This document shows, one piece after another, positions 38,213 through 51,680 of a stretch of 64,000 nt of DNA; the first letter of the stretch is position 1, and each line of letters opens with the position of its first letter. The notes beneath the pieces are model-generated. The model did not search any database. It was not told the DNA's origin and saw nothing but the letters and a program-made list of their open reading frames with translations. A program made the translations under genes and the position numbers. The stretch is from Felis catus (Eukaryota). The DNA lies in assembly GCF_018350175.1 (NCBI RefSeq), contig NC_058368.1:233494001-233558000 (forward strand). The letters run 5' to 3'.

Positions 38213-39854
38213 CACCTGCCCAAGGAGCAAAGCTAGAGATCACGACCTTGTCCCGTCCATGCCTTTCTCACTCCCCTTTGGAGAAGGATCTGTGCAGGCT
38301 CAGTACAGCCCTCCCTTCCCATGTCCTTTCCAGCAGCTCGCCTGTTTCCTTATCTGTTCCTCAATGCCCTAAATCTTCCTGGGGAGCATCTTCAGCAGGG
38401 GGTTCGACAGCTCGTTCATTTCCACCAGTGACCAGGGCTAACTGACCTAACGCCATTTGGGGCCAGACACGAGCCACGTTTTCCAAGAGAACTTCATCAA
38501 CAATAGAAGTGGAATTCTGATCTCCATCTGTCTTGACTTGTTTCTAGCTCAGTTCATTCGGATCTCAGGCAGAGCTGTTGAATGGGCCCTTCATATCCCA
38601 CACGGGCCACTGGGCATGGCTGGCAAGCAGACGGTTGACTCAGAGAGCTCAGTGTCAGCATAGGGTTTCACGGGTAGTGGTGTCGGCATTCAGTGCAGGC
38701 TGCTCGATGTTGTTCTTGGGGTGGCTTCCCTGGGGGGTGACACCCCAGTTAAGACTGAAAGTGTCAGCCGGCTTGGTGGGAAATGAGGGAAGGGGAGAGG
38801 GAAGGAGACAGAGGGCTGAAGGGCACAGAGGTAAGGGAGAGCTCTGTCTTGGGGGCTGCAGGTCAGTGGTGCCCTAATGGTTGAGGTTTACCTACCGCAG
38901 AGGGTCTTACCCCACCCCACTCTCCCTGTAACCCGCTCCCGTGCCTCCACAGCTACATCACCCTCAGCCGAGAAGCCTAGATCTGGGAGCACAGAAGCAA
39001 AGAAGTATAGTGAAAACCAGTCATGGAAGTGAAGTGTTCACACGCACATACATCCTTCCATATCTGCTTACCTGTCTGGTCCTCACACCATAGCCCGTTA
39101 ATTCACACACCAGCTGGGAAAGCTGGTCACAGGTGAATGAAGGTGCTCTACGAACACCTGGGCAGTTGTGTGTTGCAGGGCCATTTCCCCAAGTACCCAT
39201 GGGAAAGTTCTGCTTTTGTGCCAATTGATTAAAGAAACCGTTTCCTACAAGTTCCATCACGCTGGTAGGGCTGGCTCGTAGCAGACGCATTATTCGCTGT
39301 GAGTAACTCAACGTCCTGGTCCCACAAGTGTCCTGTTACAAGCCATGGCTATTTGAGGACCAACTGGCAAGAATCACCCTTAGAAACCACAGAGCACGGG
39401 TTTCAACACAAACCGCCAGACTTTTCAGCAAGTTGAAAGGGAAACAACAGTGATTTGGGGATCGGTTTACCAGACCGCTCCTCCTTCCATTCCAAAAGCT
39501 GTGGCAAGCGATCGGGTATCACAAAGCTCTCGAGCAGAACGTCCAGGCGCACACACACTCTCGCACACACAAAGGAGACGCTGGGTGTGTGCCAAATCTC
39601 ATCTTAAATTACGCTGCGTTGGAGAGAGCTAAATAATTCGACATTATTTAACGGGAACTGAACTGAACGGAGGGAGCAGCTGAAGACTAAGGAAAGCGGC
39701 ACCTGTACTGACCGTGAACCCTCGCAAAGTGCCCGCCGACGGCATTCCTTGTTTCTTTCATCTCGGAACCTTGAGTGATGCGCTAGTTTTCGAAGGATTC
39801 TTCGCCTGAAATACATCTCAGCAGTTTAAACCCAAGGACCAAAGACACTCAGCC

Positions 39855-40445
39855 CAATGGTGTCAAGTTGGCTGGGCCCCGGGGCCGAGATAGGTGGTCA
39901 AATGTTACTCTGGATGTTTCTGGGAAGGCGTGGTTTGGATGAGATTTACACTTATTTACTTATTTAGTTAGTTAGTTAGTTTAGTTAGTTAGTTCAGAGA
40001 GAGGCAGAGAATGCAAGGGGAGGAGAGGGGCAGGAAGAGACAGAGAAAGAGAGGGAATCCCAAGCAGGCTCAACACACAGTGTGGAGCCCGACACAGGAC
40101 TCCATCCCACGATCCTGACATCATGACCTGAGCCGAAATCAAGAGTCAGATGCTCAACGAACTGAGCCACCCAGGTGCCCCTAGATGAGGTTTATGTTTA
40201 AATCAGTGGACTTGGAGGAAAGCAGTTTACTTTCATAACGTGGGTGGGCCTCATCCGATCAGGTGAAAGCCACTGGATCTGAACTGCACTGGCTCTTCCA
40301 TGGCCTCCAGCTTGCTGGCCCACGCTGCAGAGTTTGGACTTGCCAGGCTCCGTAACTGTGTGAGCCAATTCCTTGAAACAAATCCCCTTCCATGCGTCCA
40401 CATATACCCTGTCCGTTCTGTTTCTCTGGAGACCCCTAACAGACT
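39855..40445 (+). mobile_element. MLT2 (ERVL) solo LTR interrupted by a SINE
   Basis: gtgtcaagttggctgggcc...tggtcaaatgttactctggatgtttctg; after the SINE gtgggtgggcctcatccgatcag...gttctgtttctctggaga. Confidence 0.85.
39952..40181 (-). mobile_element. Can-SINE with (TTAG)n tail
   Basis: Head gagccacccaggtgcccc; TSD gatgag(a/g)ttta. Confidence 0.9.
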
Positions 40446-43261
40446 CAGGATTAGTAACACCTCATGATTCCATGTGCCTGGCTTTGAGTTCTCATCACAA
40501 GTGCTGCAGGGAATACACCTTTGTTCACTGCAGAAAAGGGGAAACAAGCTTGTCAGAGAAAACTTTTAGTGACCATGCCAATGAACGGCATAGCCCAAGA
40601 GGCAAAAAAAATCTCAAGAAGACGGGGTTATAGGAAGCTGTGTGTTCACGAGAAGACTCCGGGGAAGCGAGAGGGCCAAGGCAGAAGTGCAGCCTGAGGT
40701 TCAGGAAAGGCAGTGATATTCGGTGCTTGGCTTCGAGGGAAGGTGCCAAGGAGTTTCCCGGCTCTGTGCATTTGCTGGCCAGGACCAGAAATCGCCATGC
40801 TGAGAAAACTCTGAGGAAGGCAGCATATCAAAGCACCTGGAGGTTGGGGCCCTGAACGCCATGGACACTTATTTCCAATGCGTGGTTTCTTCTATCAGCC
40901 TTGATGGCTGGCACGACGCCACAGTCACAACTGTCCCCTCTGCAGGGTCTTATGACTTTGGCAGGACAATTATTTGCGAGGAGTTTTGGCATCCGATCCT
41001 CAACAGAGAGATGAAAGCAAAGGTCTGGACTGTGCACCTCTGAAGGCGTACTGTGACCCTGGCCCAGATGTTTTCATCTGAGGGGTCATTTCAGAGGCAC
41101 AAAGCAGGCATTTGTTTTGATCCTTGATTCAAGAACTGAGGTCATTAACCCTCCACGTGAGGTAAACCCTTAGGAGGAAAGAACAAAAGAGAACAGCTCT
41201 ATTGAGCACTTGGCTTATGGGGTGGAAATCAAGAAGGTGCACCTGCGTGTGCACACATGGGTGTGCTGGGGGGGGGCGAGGGCAGAGCACACACACAGGG
41301 AATCCACAGGAGGCGTGGGTGGTGCCTTCTTGGGCCACTGTCAACCATCCTGTGAGGCACCGAACCCTGCTCAAGCCTCCCTATTAGCATTCAAGACAGC
41401 TCATGAGCACACATCTCCTCCCATTCTTCCAGAAGACTTTGCCCTGGTCTGTGCATCTCTACCAAGTATCCCTGGTGAGGGAGGCAGACGCTCAATTAGC
41501 CTCATCGAATGGCAACTACCCACCACCCACCCTATCCTCCCCCGGCGGGCATCTTGCTTTCGTTGTGAAGGGACCAAACGCTGCCACCTGGAGGTCAGTA
41601 CACTGGTCCCCCAGGGGGCCGAGGTGGGAAAGGATGTTTGCCAGGCTACCCAGTGAGGACCCCAGGTTCACTTTTATGTGAAAGACTAAAAACACTGGTA
41701 ACCATAGATCCATCTATGGGCCTTTTGTCCAATCCTGGTATTTAGTGAAGGAACTTCTCTTCCGCAACCCATTCTCCCAGCATCTGTGACTGAATCAACT
41801 GATTATTCACGTTCCAAACATGCCTGAAAATTTGAAGAGCACAGCACTGGTATGTCATCAATGAGAAACATTTAAGGAAATGTTTCACAAATAATAAGTC
41901 AGTTTGTGGACAGCGTTTTTATGGGTCAGGTACCTCCCGTATTAACATCACAAATATCCTTCTTCTATGAGACACAGCTCACAGGCTGTGGGGGAAGCCT
42001 CTAGATCCTGACTGCCCAGCTCTGGAAGCTTTCTCCCAAATGGAGCCTGGACACAGGTGGTGGGGGCTTTGCTCTGTGTTTCCACAGTGGCTCATCCATG
42101 GCAAATACAGTCATAAAAAGAACGTAGTTACTTTTGAGAACAAAACTCGTGCTTTCTTGCAGTTCAGATATTTGGCTCTAAAAACATTCAGAAATAGCAA
42201 TAAAAGCGACAAAGGAACATAACCCGATCGTGTGCCACAAACGTAGGATCCCTCTGTGACACGGTCAATTTGCAGTTACTGATGAACCCCTTGGCTCCGG
42301 CCCTGAGGCATAAAGAACACATATTTTAGGCTCCTGCTCCCACAACAGCCTAGGGACATTCTATGGGAGGTATCGGTCCCCAAACCCAGAGGCGCGTCTC
42401 TAGATATCTGTGTCCAAAATCTAACAGGGATCTCGAAGTACGTACTTCCAAAGCTCGATGGAAACATCCACGTTTCCACCCTTCACAGCTCCCAAGCACG
42501 TGTTTCAGAAATGTACAAAAGCCAATAAGCAGTACTCATCTGTACTTTTTTTCCTAACTGGAACACTGCCATGTCTCAAGGCCTGGCTTCACTTCTCAGT
42601 GTCTGAAGGCTTCATGGGTTCCTCATCCCCGCTGTTGATGTTAGAGTCTGGGCAAGGACATTTCTCTTGACCTTCCCATTTCCAGGGACGGCAGCGCTCC
42701 CCGACGACCCACATCTTGCAATCCCTCCGTGTGGGCGAGTGGCAGGTGGGCAAGGTGGGGCATTTAGAGACACAAAAGTGAGCAAATCAGAGAGAAGGAG
42801 GAAGTGATAAGCTCCGAAAATGAGAAGGCAGGAGCAGACCCAGCTCTGATAAAAGGTGGGAAGGAGAACCGCGCGTGAGCATCTCCACCCAGGCACCGCA
42901 CCTGCCACCTGTAAGGGAGGAGCGATGGGTCCTGCCCCCCGGGGAAGCTCCGCCCCTCCACGTGGGCACCACAGCCCACTGCTTCTCTCCAGCCAGCTGC
43001 CTGCCCCTCACAACACCCATTTCCTTCTCCGCCGGAGCATTCAATAGTGCACACACCGGCTGCTCCTTCTCCCACGTGTAAGATAACTTCTCTGCATCCT
43101 GGCTCTCTTATGCAGCAAACTCCCCCAAAGAATACGCAGCCCTTCCCGCTGCCTTCCCTCCTGTCTCTGCTGAACCAGGAGCAAGGAGGCTCCCTCCCTC
43201 CCCGTCCTGTACGAAGAGCTCCTGTTCAGGACCCTCCTTCCCCCCTCCTGACACTCTTTTA

Positions 43262-43745
43262 CAGGCACACCTCACAGATGCCGTGGGTTCGGTTCCAGAC
43301 CACAGCGATAAAGCGAGGATCACACTAAGGCGGGTCTTGTGAATTCTGTGGTCTCCCATTGCGTACGAAAGTGATGCTTGCACTATACCCTAGTGTCTTG
43401 AGTGTGCAATAGCATCGTGTCTAAAACAACAAGGTGCATACCTTGACGGGAAAATACCCTGTTGCTCAAAAACGCTAACCGTCGCCTGAGGTTTCAGCAA
43501 GTTGTAAGCGCCGATCACCGACAACACATGAAATAATGACAACGTTTGAAAAGTTTTGCAACGAGAGAATTACGAAAATGTGACACAGAGACCCGAAGTG
43601 AGGAAATACTGTTGGGAAAATGGCGCCGAGAGACTCTTGCTGGTCACAGGGAGGCCACCAACCTTCAATTTGTAAAACAAACAAACAAACAAACAAACAA
43701 AAAAAAACGCAAGAAAGCACAGCACAATGACACGAGGCATGCCTG
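43262..43745 (-). mobile_element. Internally deleted Tigger1-derived DNA transposon (TcMar-Tigger)
   Basis: TIRs CAGGCACACCTC (43262) and GAGGCATGCCTG (43734-43745), TA on the left flank; gggttcggttccagaccac and agtgtgcaatagcat match the Tigger1 end; internal (AAAC)n. Confidence 0.88.
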
Positions 43746-43749
43746 CATT

Positions 43750-44050
43750 TAGCTGGCTTTCTGAACCCAGGCTCTCCTGGCTCCCCCCTGATACAGGGAC
43801 CGTCCCTTCTCCAGGCCCTCTGCTGGCCTGTCATTTCCTCACGGCCTCTGAGTGCCGGGGCCCTTTGAAGTCTGGGTCCAATCTCAGAGCCTTATTAAAT
43901 GCTCTCCATCTGCCGGCTACACTCAAATCAACCTCCAGCCCAGCCCACAGCCCCGGACTCCAGACTTACAGCCCCAACTGCCTTCTCAACAACTCTCCCC
44001 GGATTTCCAACCATCCTCTCACACTTAACTCCAACGCTGACCTCCCGCGC
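43750..44050 (+). mobile_element. L2 fragment
   Basis: actcaaatcaacctccagcccag...ctccagact...ccaactgccttctcaaca...ggatttccaa...ctcacacttaac. Confidence 0.65.
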
Positions 44051-44384
44051 TGCCCCACAAGCTGGCTCCTCTCCCCGGAGTCAAGATTTATGCTTCCTGA
44101 GTGGTGGTAAGAATTTACAATGTTTGAGACCTCATATTTCTTGTGTTAGGGAAGAATCCTCACAGTGTTTTACTCTTATTAAGCGAATGAAAATAATACA
44201 CCTCCAGGGTGGGGGATTAAGGTCATTTTCGCTCGAATCAATCAGCAGCTGTTTCTGACGGCATTATCTCCAGTGTTCTAAGTAATAAGGTACGTACAGA
44301 ATATCCATAGAATACTAAACTACCCAGTGATTATTGAGCCATGTGTGCTAGGAAAAGAATAAACTCCTTATACCTCTTATATAA

Positions 44385-44540
44385 TCCTCACTAAACGCTG
44401 CAACATGGGATGGAGTGATTATCATCCCCATTTTTTTGTCTGTTGGAAGGTTGGCCAAAGAGAGTAACTTGCCTGACATCTCACAAGTGGGCCAAACCCA
44501 AACCCAGGCTGGCCGGTTCCTGAGTCACCACTTTCCAGCC
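44385..44540 (-). mobile_element. MIR
   Basis: attatcatccccatttt...agtaacttgcctgacatctcaca. Confidence 0.6.
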
Positions 44541-46060
44541 CTGTGTTAGGGGAGTCATGGGGGGGGGCGGTGAACAACAGAGAGAGAGGGAAATATTTTG
44601 AGATTCAAATTTCTTAGTAATTCTACTTAGTGTAAAAAAACAAACCCCATTAATGGACCTGCAAATACTTTGCACTTGAATGTGAACCCTCCCCCGTCTA
44701 CACCCCACAGCACCCCTGGGCTCAAGGAAATTACAATGTCAGTTCCAACACATAGGAACATGGAAAAAACCTGGAATCATGGAAGTTATTACTCTCTTCG
44801 TCCATTCTGAAATCTCTTTTTCTCCTTTAGCTTTTTGTTTGTTTTTTTTTCTTTATTTTTGTTTTTGTTTCTGGTTTTTACACTTTTATTTCCCCTCTGG
44901 GTAACATTTAATTGCTTTTCCTACAAAGTTCCCTGCAAAACTTGTGTAATAGTGAAAGTCAGTGTTCCATGGTCTGGGCGAGTCTTGGAGGGAGAGAGGA
45001 TCTTTTCCTAGAAACGAAAGGAAAGCAGTCATTCCAAGATACGTACAAAGAACGCTTTGCAAGCATCACCCTCTTGATTTAACATGTGCATGTTTAAAAA
45101 ACATATGGCCCACGTCAGAAGGTCACCTTCACACGTCACTGTCACCAAAACCCAGACACGCAACCTCTCTGAGTTCCTCCTGTGGACAACAGGGTCGATC
45201 TGATAAAAGGAATTACGAAGGACAGATGAACTTTGCACAGCATTATGCAAAGCCTCCCCTCCATCATTAACACGGATTATAATTACACAGAAAATGTCAT
45301 GTCAAGTTTTGAGTAGCATATCCCAACGTTATCCTACCTTCGAGGATGGGGAAAGGAAATATTTTTCTGTGTGGTTGTTTACAGTGTTTATATGTCTGCA
45401 CACCTTAAAAAGATCAAGGGCAAAAAAAAATTTATGGTTAATACTTGAAAGCTGGATTTTGATCCAGCAAAAGAAATGGCAATTTTAATGAGTCTTCTCA
45501 TCCCGCCTGTCTCCTTCTGTTTTTCTCCCTCTCTCTCCCGTAACGTAAATGGCTCAATATTTTCATACGTGTCACTACTTAATAGAGAAGCTAATGGAAG
45601 TGCCCACAGCTATAATCAGAGAAGGATTTAAAACTTTTGCCTTTTATAGCTCCTATCGATCAGTTTTTACGTCTGTGACAAATGTTTGTGTGTCTTCTGC
45701 TCAGGGCTGGACACCTCAGTGAGTCGAACCGATTTTTAAGCAGTGGCGATGGCAGGATATTGTTATTAATAGACACGCAGTTTATTTACTAGAAGAGGAA
45801 GTCTCATGAAACGAACGAATATAGAGAACCTTCTATATTCTCGCCCACCAAATGGCTCTAAAGAAGAACCCTCTGACCCTGGGTTTGAAATCATGACCCC
45901 TGGCCCCCGGACCGAGTACTTGCCACTGGTCACCCAGGCGGTTACATGACCCAGAATGAAAAGGAAGCTGCAAAACCACCAGACGATCTTAACACTCTGG
46001 GGCCTCCTCTTGGCTGAGTCGCTCACGACGGGTACCGTCATTAGTGGTTCATCCCATCAG

Positions 46061-46266
46061 TTTTCTTTTCCAAGTATATGTATTTATTTTTGAGAGAGAG
46101 ACAGAGAGAGTGCATGTGAGCTGGGGAGGGGCAGAGAGAGAGAGGGAGAGAGCGAATCCCAAGCAGGTTCCACGCTGACAGCACAGAGCCCAACACGGGG
46201 CTCGAGCCCACGAACCGGGAGACCATGAGCTGAGCTGAACAAACGACGGAGCCACCCAGGCGCCCC
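46061..46266 (-). mobile_element. Can-SINE
   Basis: TSD ccatcagttt. Confidence 0.9.
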
Positions 46267-46418
46267 GCCATCAGTTTCTTCTCATGCACACAACAGTCCC
46301 TGGGCGACCTTCCTGCGGACACAGAAAACTGATTTTGCTCCCAGGAAGGGGCTCTGGAACTGTACCACCTCATGCAATCCTGCTGTATTAGGGTGCAGGA
46401 AAACGACTCATTTGACTG

Positions 46419-46647
46419 TTTTCTTTTTTCTTTTTTTTTTTTAAGGTTTTATTTTTATTTTTGAGACAGAGAGAGACAGAGCATGAACAGGGGAGGGGGA
46501 GAGAGAGAGGGAGACACAGAATCGGAAGCAGGCTCCAAGCTCTGAGCCATCAGCCCAGAGCCCGACGCGGGGCTCGAACTCACGCACCGCGAGATCGTGA
46601 CCTGAGCTGAAGTCGGACGCTTCACCGACTGAGCCACCCAGGCACCC
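46419..46647 (-). mobile_element. Can-SINE (young, CpG-rich)
   Basis: Near-consensus body; TSD ttgact.ttttcttttt. Confidence 0.94.
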
Positions 46648-47095
46648 CTTGACTCTTTTCTTTTTATACTGACCCCTATTCCAGGAGGCTCTAAAGAACT
46701 GAGTATCTTCAGAGAAAGAACTTTTTTCACACTCTCCAAACATCATTTCCTTTAGAACGAGAGCAGCAACACTGGGACGCAGGGGGTGCAGGAGCCTGGA
46801 GGGGAAGGTCTGGAGACGCTCGGACTCAGTGAGCTCCCAACTGAGGCCGGTCTTTGGGGTTCATGTCTCCGGATGGGCACCTGTGCTACCCGAATCTATT
46901 TCCCACTACTACGCGGTTACCGCAAAACGTGCTTCCCAGCATCATTACCCTGATTCTGAAGTAATCAACCCGACTTCATTCTTTCTCAGTTGGTACAAAC
47001 GGCCAAAGATCCACCTTTAGACTCAGGGTAGCCACACCTCTCAGTTTATAGTGGGCTTGTTTTAAGATGTGAAATGAGGGCTTTTGAAAATCAGA

Positions 47096-47610
47096 TGTGG
47101 TGAGACACGGAGACCCAGAGTGACTGTCATGAAGGCAGAAGTCTTCATCTTCCACCCAAGAAGTAAGAGCCATGGGATGCCTTGCAAGGCCACGTGGGAA
47201 GCACCGGGGTCAGTTAGAAGCAGAGGGAAAGAGAGACAAACGTGGACAAGAGTCTTTCTTGTGGTTTCCGTGGGAAAGACAAGACGAGGCAGGGCAGGCA
47301 GGCTTAGGACTGGCTAGTTTGAATAATGACAGAAAGCTCTGGGACTGTCCCTAGTTGTCTGGTACCCGGACCCAGAGTGATTAGGGCAGGTAGACAATGG
47401 CCTGGGGTATGACAGACCAGCAGGGGATATGGCCGGGTGTGGGCCTTGGACGGGCAGGTTTATATATGAAGGTAAACCAGCCGGAAAATGCTTTACTATC
47501 TCTATGAACCAACCGGCTGGCCTTGAAGGGACAGTCTGCCCAGGGACAGGCAAGGCCCCGGATGTCACAACATCAGAAAATACAGAAAATAAGAAGGAAT
47601 GATTCATACG
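47096..47610 (-). mobile_element. ERVL-class solo LTR (MER74-like)
   Basis: aggcttaggactggctagtttgaataat...gtccctagttgtctggtacc...gcaaggccccggatgtca...atcagaaaatacagaaaataa. Confidence 0.75.
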
Positions 47611-47999
47611 TGCCTCTTCTGTGGTGGCCTTTATTCTGGAGACTGCAGACTTATTATCACTGAGCCCGCACACTCAGGGACAGAAAAGCAAAGGGTGGGT
47701 GAGGAGGGACCATATGTACACATGGATGCACGTACACACATGCAGATGGGGGGAAGGTTACAGCTTATCCTGGAGGAAGTAAAAACACTGCTCGCAAACC
47801 ACTCCGGTGGAAAGCAGAGACTCGGCTACAGATAACGCCACTCGCAAAGAGCGGAAGCTGCCTTTGTTTAAGTAGAGACAAAAGAAGGAAAAAGGCAACC
47901 GTGTGGCATCCAACGACCCGGGAGAGCTAGGCAACAGAAGAGTGGTTCCTGAGGGCAGTGTTTTGATGATGCCCTTAATGATACATATTAATATTTATT

Positions 48000-48220
48000 G
48001 GGGTGCCTGGGTGGCTCAGTCGGCTAAGCGTCCGACTTCGGCTCAGGTCACGATCTCGCGGTTCATTGAGTCGGAACCCCGCGACGGGCTCTGTGCTGAC
48101 AGCTCAGAGCCTGGAGCCTGCTTCGGATCCTGTGTCTCCCTCTCTCTCTCTCTCTCTCTCCGCCCCTCCTCCGCTCTCTCTCTCTTGCACTCTCAAATAT
48201 AAACAAACATTAAAAGAATT
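48000..48220 (+). mobile_element. Can-SINE
   Basis: TSD aatatttattg. Confidence 0.93.
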
Positions 48221-48389
48221 TAAATATTTATTGACAGTTGTCAGTAAAGAACAAGGCATAGACATAGATTAAGAGTAGTTCCTACATGGGGTCGGGCAAG
48301 GTTTCACTTCTCCAACACCACACAGTGTGTCATCGCCAATGAGATGAAATAAGCAGACAGCAGATTCCTAGGAGAGTGAGTTTAGAAAT

Positions 48390-50410
48390 TTGGGTGGTTA
48401 CCACTTTTTAGCTATTATGAATAATGCATAGTGCTGCCACGGACATTTATGTGCAATTTTTGTGTGTGGACATATGTTTTCGTTTCTTTTGGGTAGCCAC
48501 CTAAAAATAGAATTTCTGGTTCATATGGCAACTCTATGTTTAATCTTTTGAGGAATTGCCAGACTGTTTTCCAGAGCAGTGTCCTCATTTCACAATCCCG
48601 TCACCAGTGTATGAGGAGTTCAATTTATCCACGTTTTCAACATTTATATTCTGTCTTTATGATTATCGTCCTCCTAGCGACTGCGAAGTGCTTTCTCATT
48701 GTGGTTTTGATTTGCGTTTCCCAGACTGCTAATGACGAGCATCTTTTTTATGTGTATTTTGGCCATCTGTATATCTCGTCTGGGGAAACGTGTATTGAAA
48801 TCCTTTGACGCGTTTTCTGGTTTATTACTGAGTGATAAGAATTCTTTATATATTCTCCATACCAGTCCTTTCTCAGATATAGGGTTTGAAAATATTTATA
48901 TTTTCTCTCATTCTGTGAGCCGCCGTTCCCACTTTCTTGATGCTGTCCTTTGAAGCACAAAAGATTTCAACTTCAGTGGAGTCCAATTTATCTGTTTTTT
49001 CTGTTGTACTTCCTCCAATCATACCTAAGAAATCCAGCTTAATACCAAATCATGAGAATTTATGGCTACATTTTCTTATAAAACTCCTATAGTTTTAGCA
49101 TTTACATTTAAATCACTGAACCGTTCTGAGTTAATATTTATATGGTGTGAGGCAGAGGTCCAGCTGTATTCTTTCGCACATGGATTTCCATCTGTCGCAG
49201 CACAACTTATTGAAGGCAGGATTATTCACTTATTGAATTATCTTGGCAAACCCACATCAAACGTCAATTTGATCAACGTGATGGTTTATTTGTGGCCTTT
49301 CGATTTTATTAAACCGATGTATACTTCTATCCTTAGACCAGCAACATACTTTCTTGATGACTATATTTTTTCAGGAAGTTTGGAAATCAGGAAAAATAGT
49401 CCTTGAATTTGTTTGTCTTTTTCAACACTTTTTTGGCTGCTCTGCATCACTTGGATTTCTATATGAAATTTAGGAGGGAATTCTTGATTTTTATTTATTC
49501 TTTCCCCTTTGTGTGCTATTATTGCACACAATTAATACTATTACATTGTGCTGTACATATCCGATCTACATATGTCATACCCTCAATAATACCTTTGCAT
49601 ATTTATTAATGTATACAATTCTATGTCTTTTAAAGAAACTTAGAAAAGAACATGTATACATGTTCTCTATACACCTATAGAGCTTGTTCTGTTTATCTTA
49701 ACACGAGTTTCTTAGTTGAAAGTATTTTTTTCTCTCAGGACATCGACTATCCCATCCAACTACTTTCTGGCCTCCATTGTTTCATATGAGAAGTCAGCTG
49801 TTAACCTCATTAGGATTCTCCTAGAAGTGCAGGGATATTTTTCTCTTTCTGCTTCTAAGATTTTCTCTTTGTGATTGGATTTCTACATTTTTACTGCAAT
49901 GTGTCTGGTGTGGATATTTTTGCACTCATCCTGCTTGGATTTTTCTATTCTTGAATTTGGGGAAATGATCTTCATTGTTTCTTTGAAGTTTTTCCTTCTC
50001 TCCCTCTCTGCCCTCTCCCCTGGACTCCCAATAGCCTGATGTTGGTGCACTTAACGGTACCCTACATTCCCCTGAAGCAGTGTTCATCTGTCTCCATTCT
50101 TGGTCTCTCTGTTCGTCAATTTGCCTGTTTATCCACTGGTATCTATGGTTGAGTTTATGGATTCTTTCTTCTAACAGCTCAAATCAACTGTTGATCCACT
50201 TTAGTGAATACTTCATTTCAGTTGCTGCACTTCTGATTCCAGAATTTCCGTGGGCTATTTTTGTAATTGTTACCACTGTAATATTATTCTCTCTTTGATG
50301 AGATATGGCCATCACATATTCTTTTACTTGTTTTAGCATGGTTTCCTTTAACATTTTGAGCATTATTTGTTATCGCTGCTACAAATCTTTGTCTTCTAAG
50401 TGCGAGGAAC
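48390..50410 (-). mobile_element. Old L1M fragments
   Basis: ccactttttagctattatgaataatgc, tatgtttaatcttttgaggaattgccagactgttttcca, ctcattgtggttttgatttgc, ctttctggcctccattgtttcatatgagaagtcagctg. Confidence 0.85.
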
Positions 50411-50478
50411 ACAGTGATAAACCAAATTTTCAAATTCCCTCCTATGCTGATGCTTGTTTTCTATCAAGTGGTAATAAC

Positions 50479-50591
50479 CAGGGGTCAGCAATCTATGGTC
50501 CTTGGGCTACATCTTATCTCCCACTCATCTGGTGATAACCCATAAGTTGGGAATGGTGTTTACATTTTTAAATGCAAAGTGTATGTGACAG

Positions 50592-50638
<47 letters not shown>

Positions 50639-50742
50639 CATATGCGTTCTGATAGGAACACTGGCTTGATTTTGCCTCTTGGCCCACAAAACCTAAAATA
50701 TTTACTATTCAGTCCTTTACAGAAGAACTTTGCTTATTTCTG
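50479..50742 (+). mobile_element. MER58-like hAT MITE containing (TG)n at 50594-50633
   Basis: caggggtcagcaatctatgg start; ggcccacaaaacctaaaatatttactattcagtcctttacagaa end. Confidence 0.8.
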
Positions 50743-51039
50743 TAATGACAAAAAGCAAAAGAGAAAAAAAGAAAAAGAAAGGAGAAAAAGAGAAGTGATA
50801 TAGCACATTGGTAAGTAACTGGGAATAAACAACCGTGGTTGTGCTGTATTATCAGATAGCACAGTCCCAGGGTTATCACCAGGGGCTGGCATTGCAGTAT
50901 AGACTGAAGGGAAGGCAGGCCGGAGCAAAGGAAACAGTGAATGTCAAGGCCACTTTGCAAAATGCACCCAAACTTTTTGAGAAGAAGTAGAAGGGCCCTA
51001 TGTTCTTAATGTGAGGTGGGAAGGTGGGGGGAGTGTGGA

Positions 51040-51680
51040 AAAATTGGAGGCTCAGTCAGGCCAGATCATTTGGGGCCATGTAGATCAAGGTAAGGACTTT
51101 AGATTCTATTGCCTGGGGTTAAGATGAGGAGTAACACCAAATGATAAGACTTTTTTTTAAGGCTTATTGTGGTTGCAGTGTGGTGAACAGACTGTGGGCG
51201 GATAGGGCATGAGCAAGGACAACGCAGGTAACACTTCTGTCCAGGGAGAAGGGTGGTGGCGAGGGTGGTAAGGGCAGGTGGAGCGTCCTTAGGTTGGGGT
51301 GTACTTGAAGGCAGAGCCAGTACCATTTGCTGACGGTGCTAATGGATATGAGGAGGCAGAGAAAAAGCAGAGTCCAGCTTGAGAAACTGGGTGAATGGCG
51401 TGTCATTCGCTGACAGCGAAATGGGAGAAAAGTAGGTTTGGGGAAAATCAGAGGTCCTGTTTGGGCCATGTTACGGTTGAGATGCTCTTCAAACATTCCA
51501 ATGGAAACAAGGGTTTGGTAGTTGGACTTTGAGTCTGGATTTCAGGGGCGAGATCAGAGCTGTGGCTCCTCAGCGTACGGAGACTCTCAAAGCCCTGAGA
51601 AAGGGTGAGAATCCCAGGGAGTGAGTAATGGAGAACAGACTGGAGATGAAAGCCTGGGCACACACAAGTGTTTGGAGCTG
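51040..51680 (-). mobile_element. L2 fragment
   Basis: ggccagatcat...ggtaaggactttagattctatt, tgaaggcagagccagtaccatttgctgacgg, cctgtttgggccatgttacggttgagatg. Confidence 0.8.
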
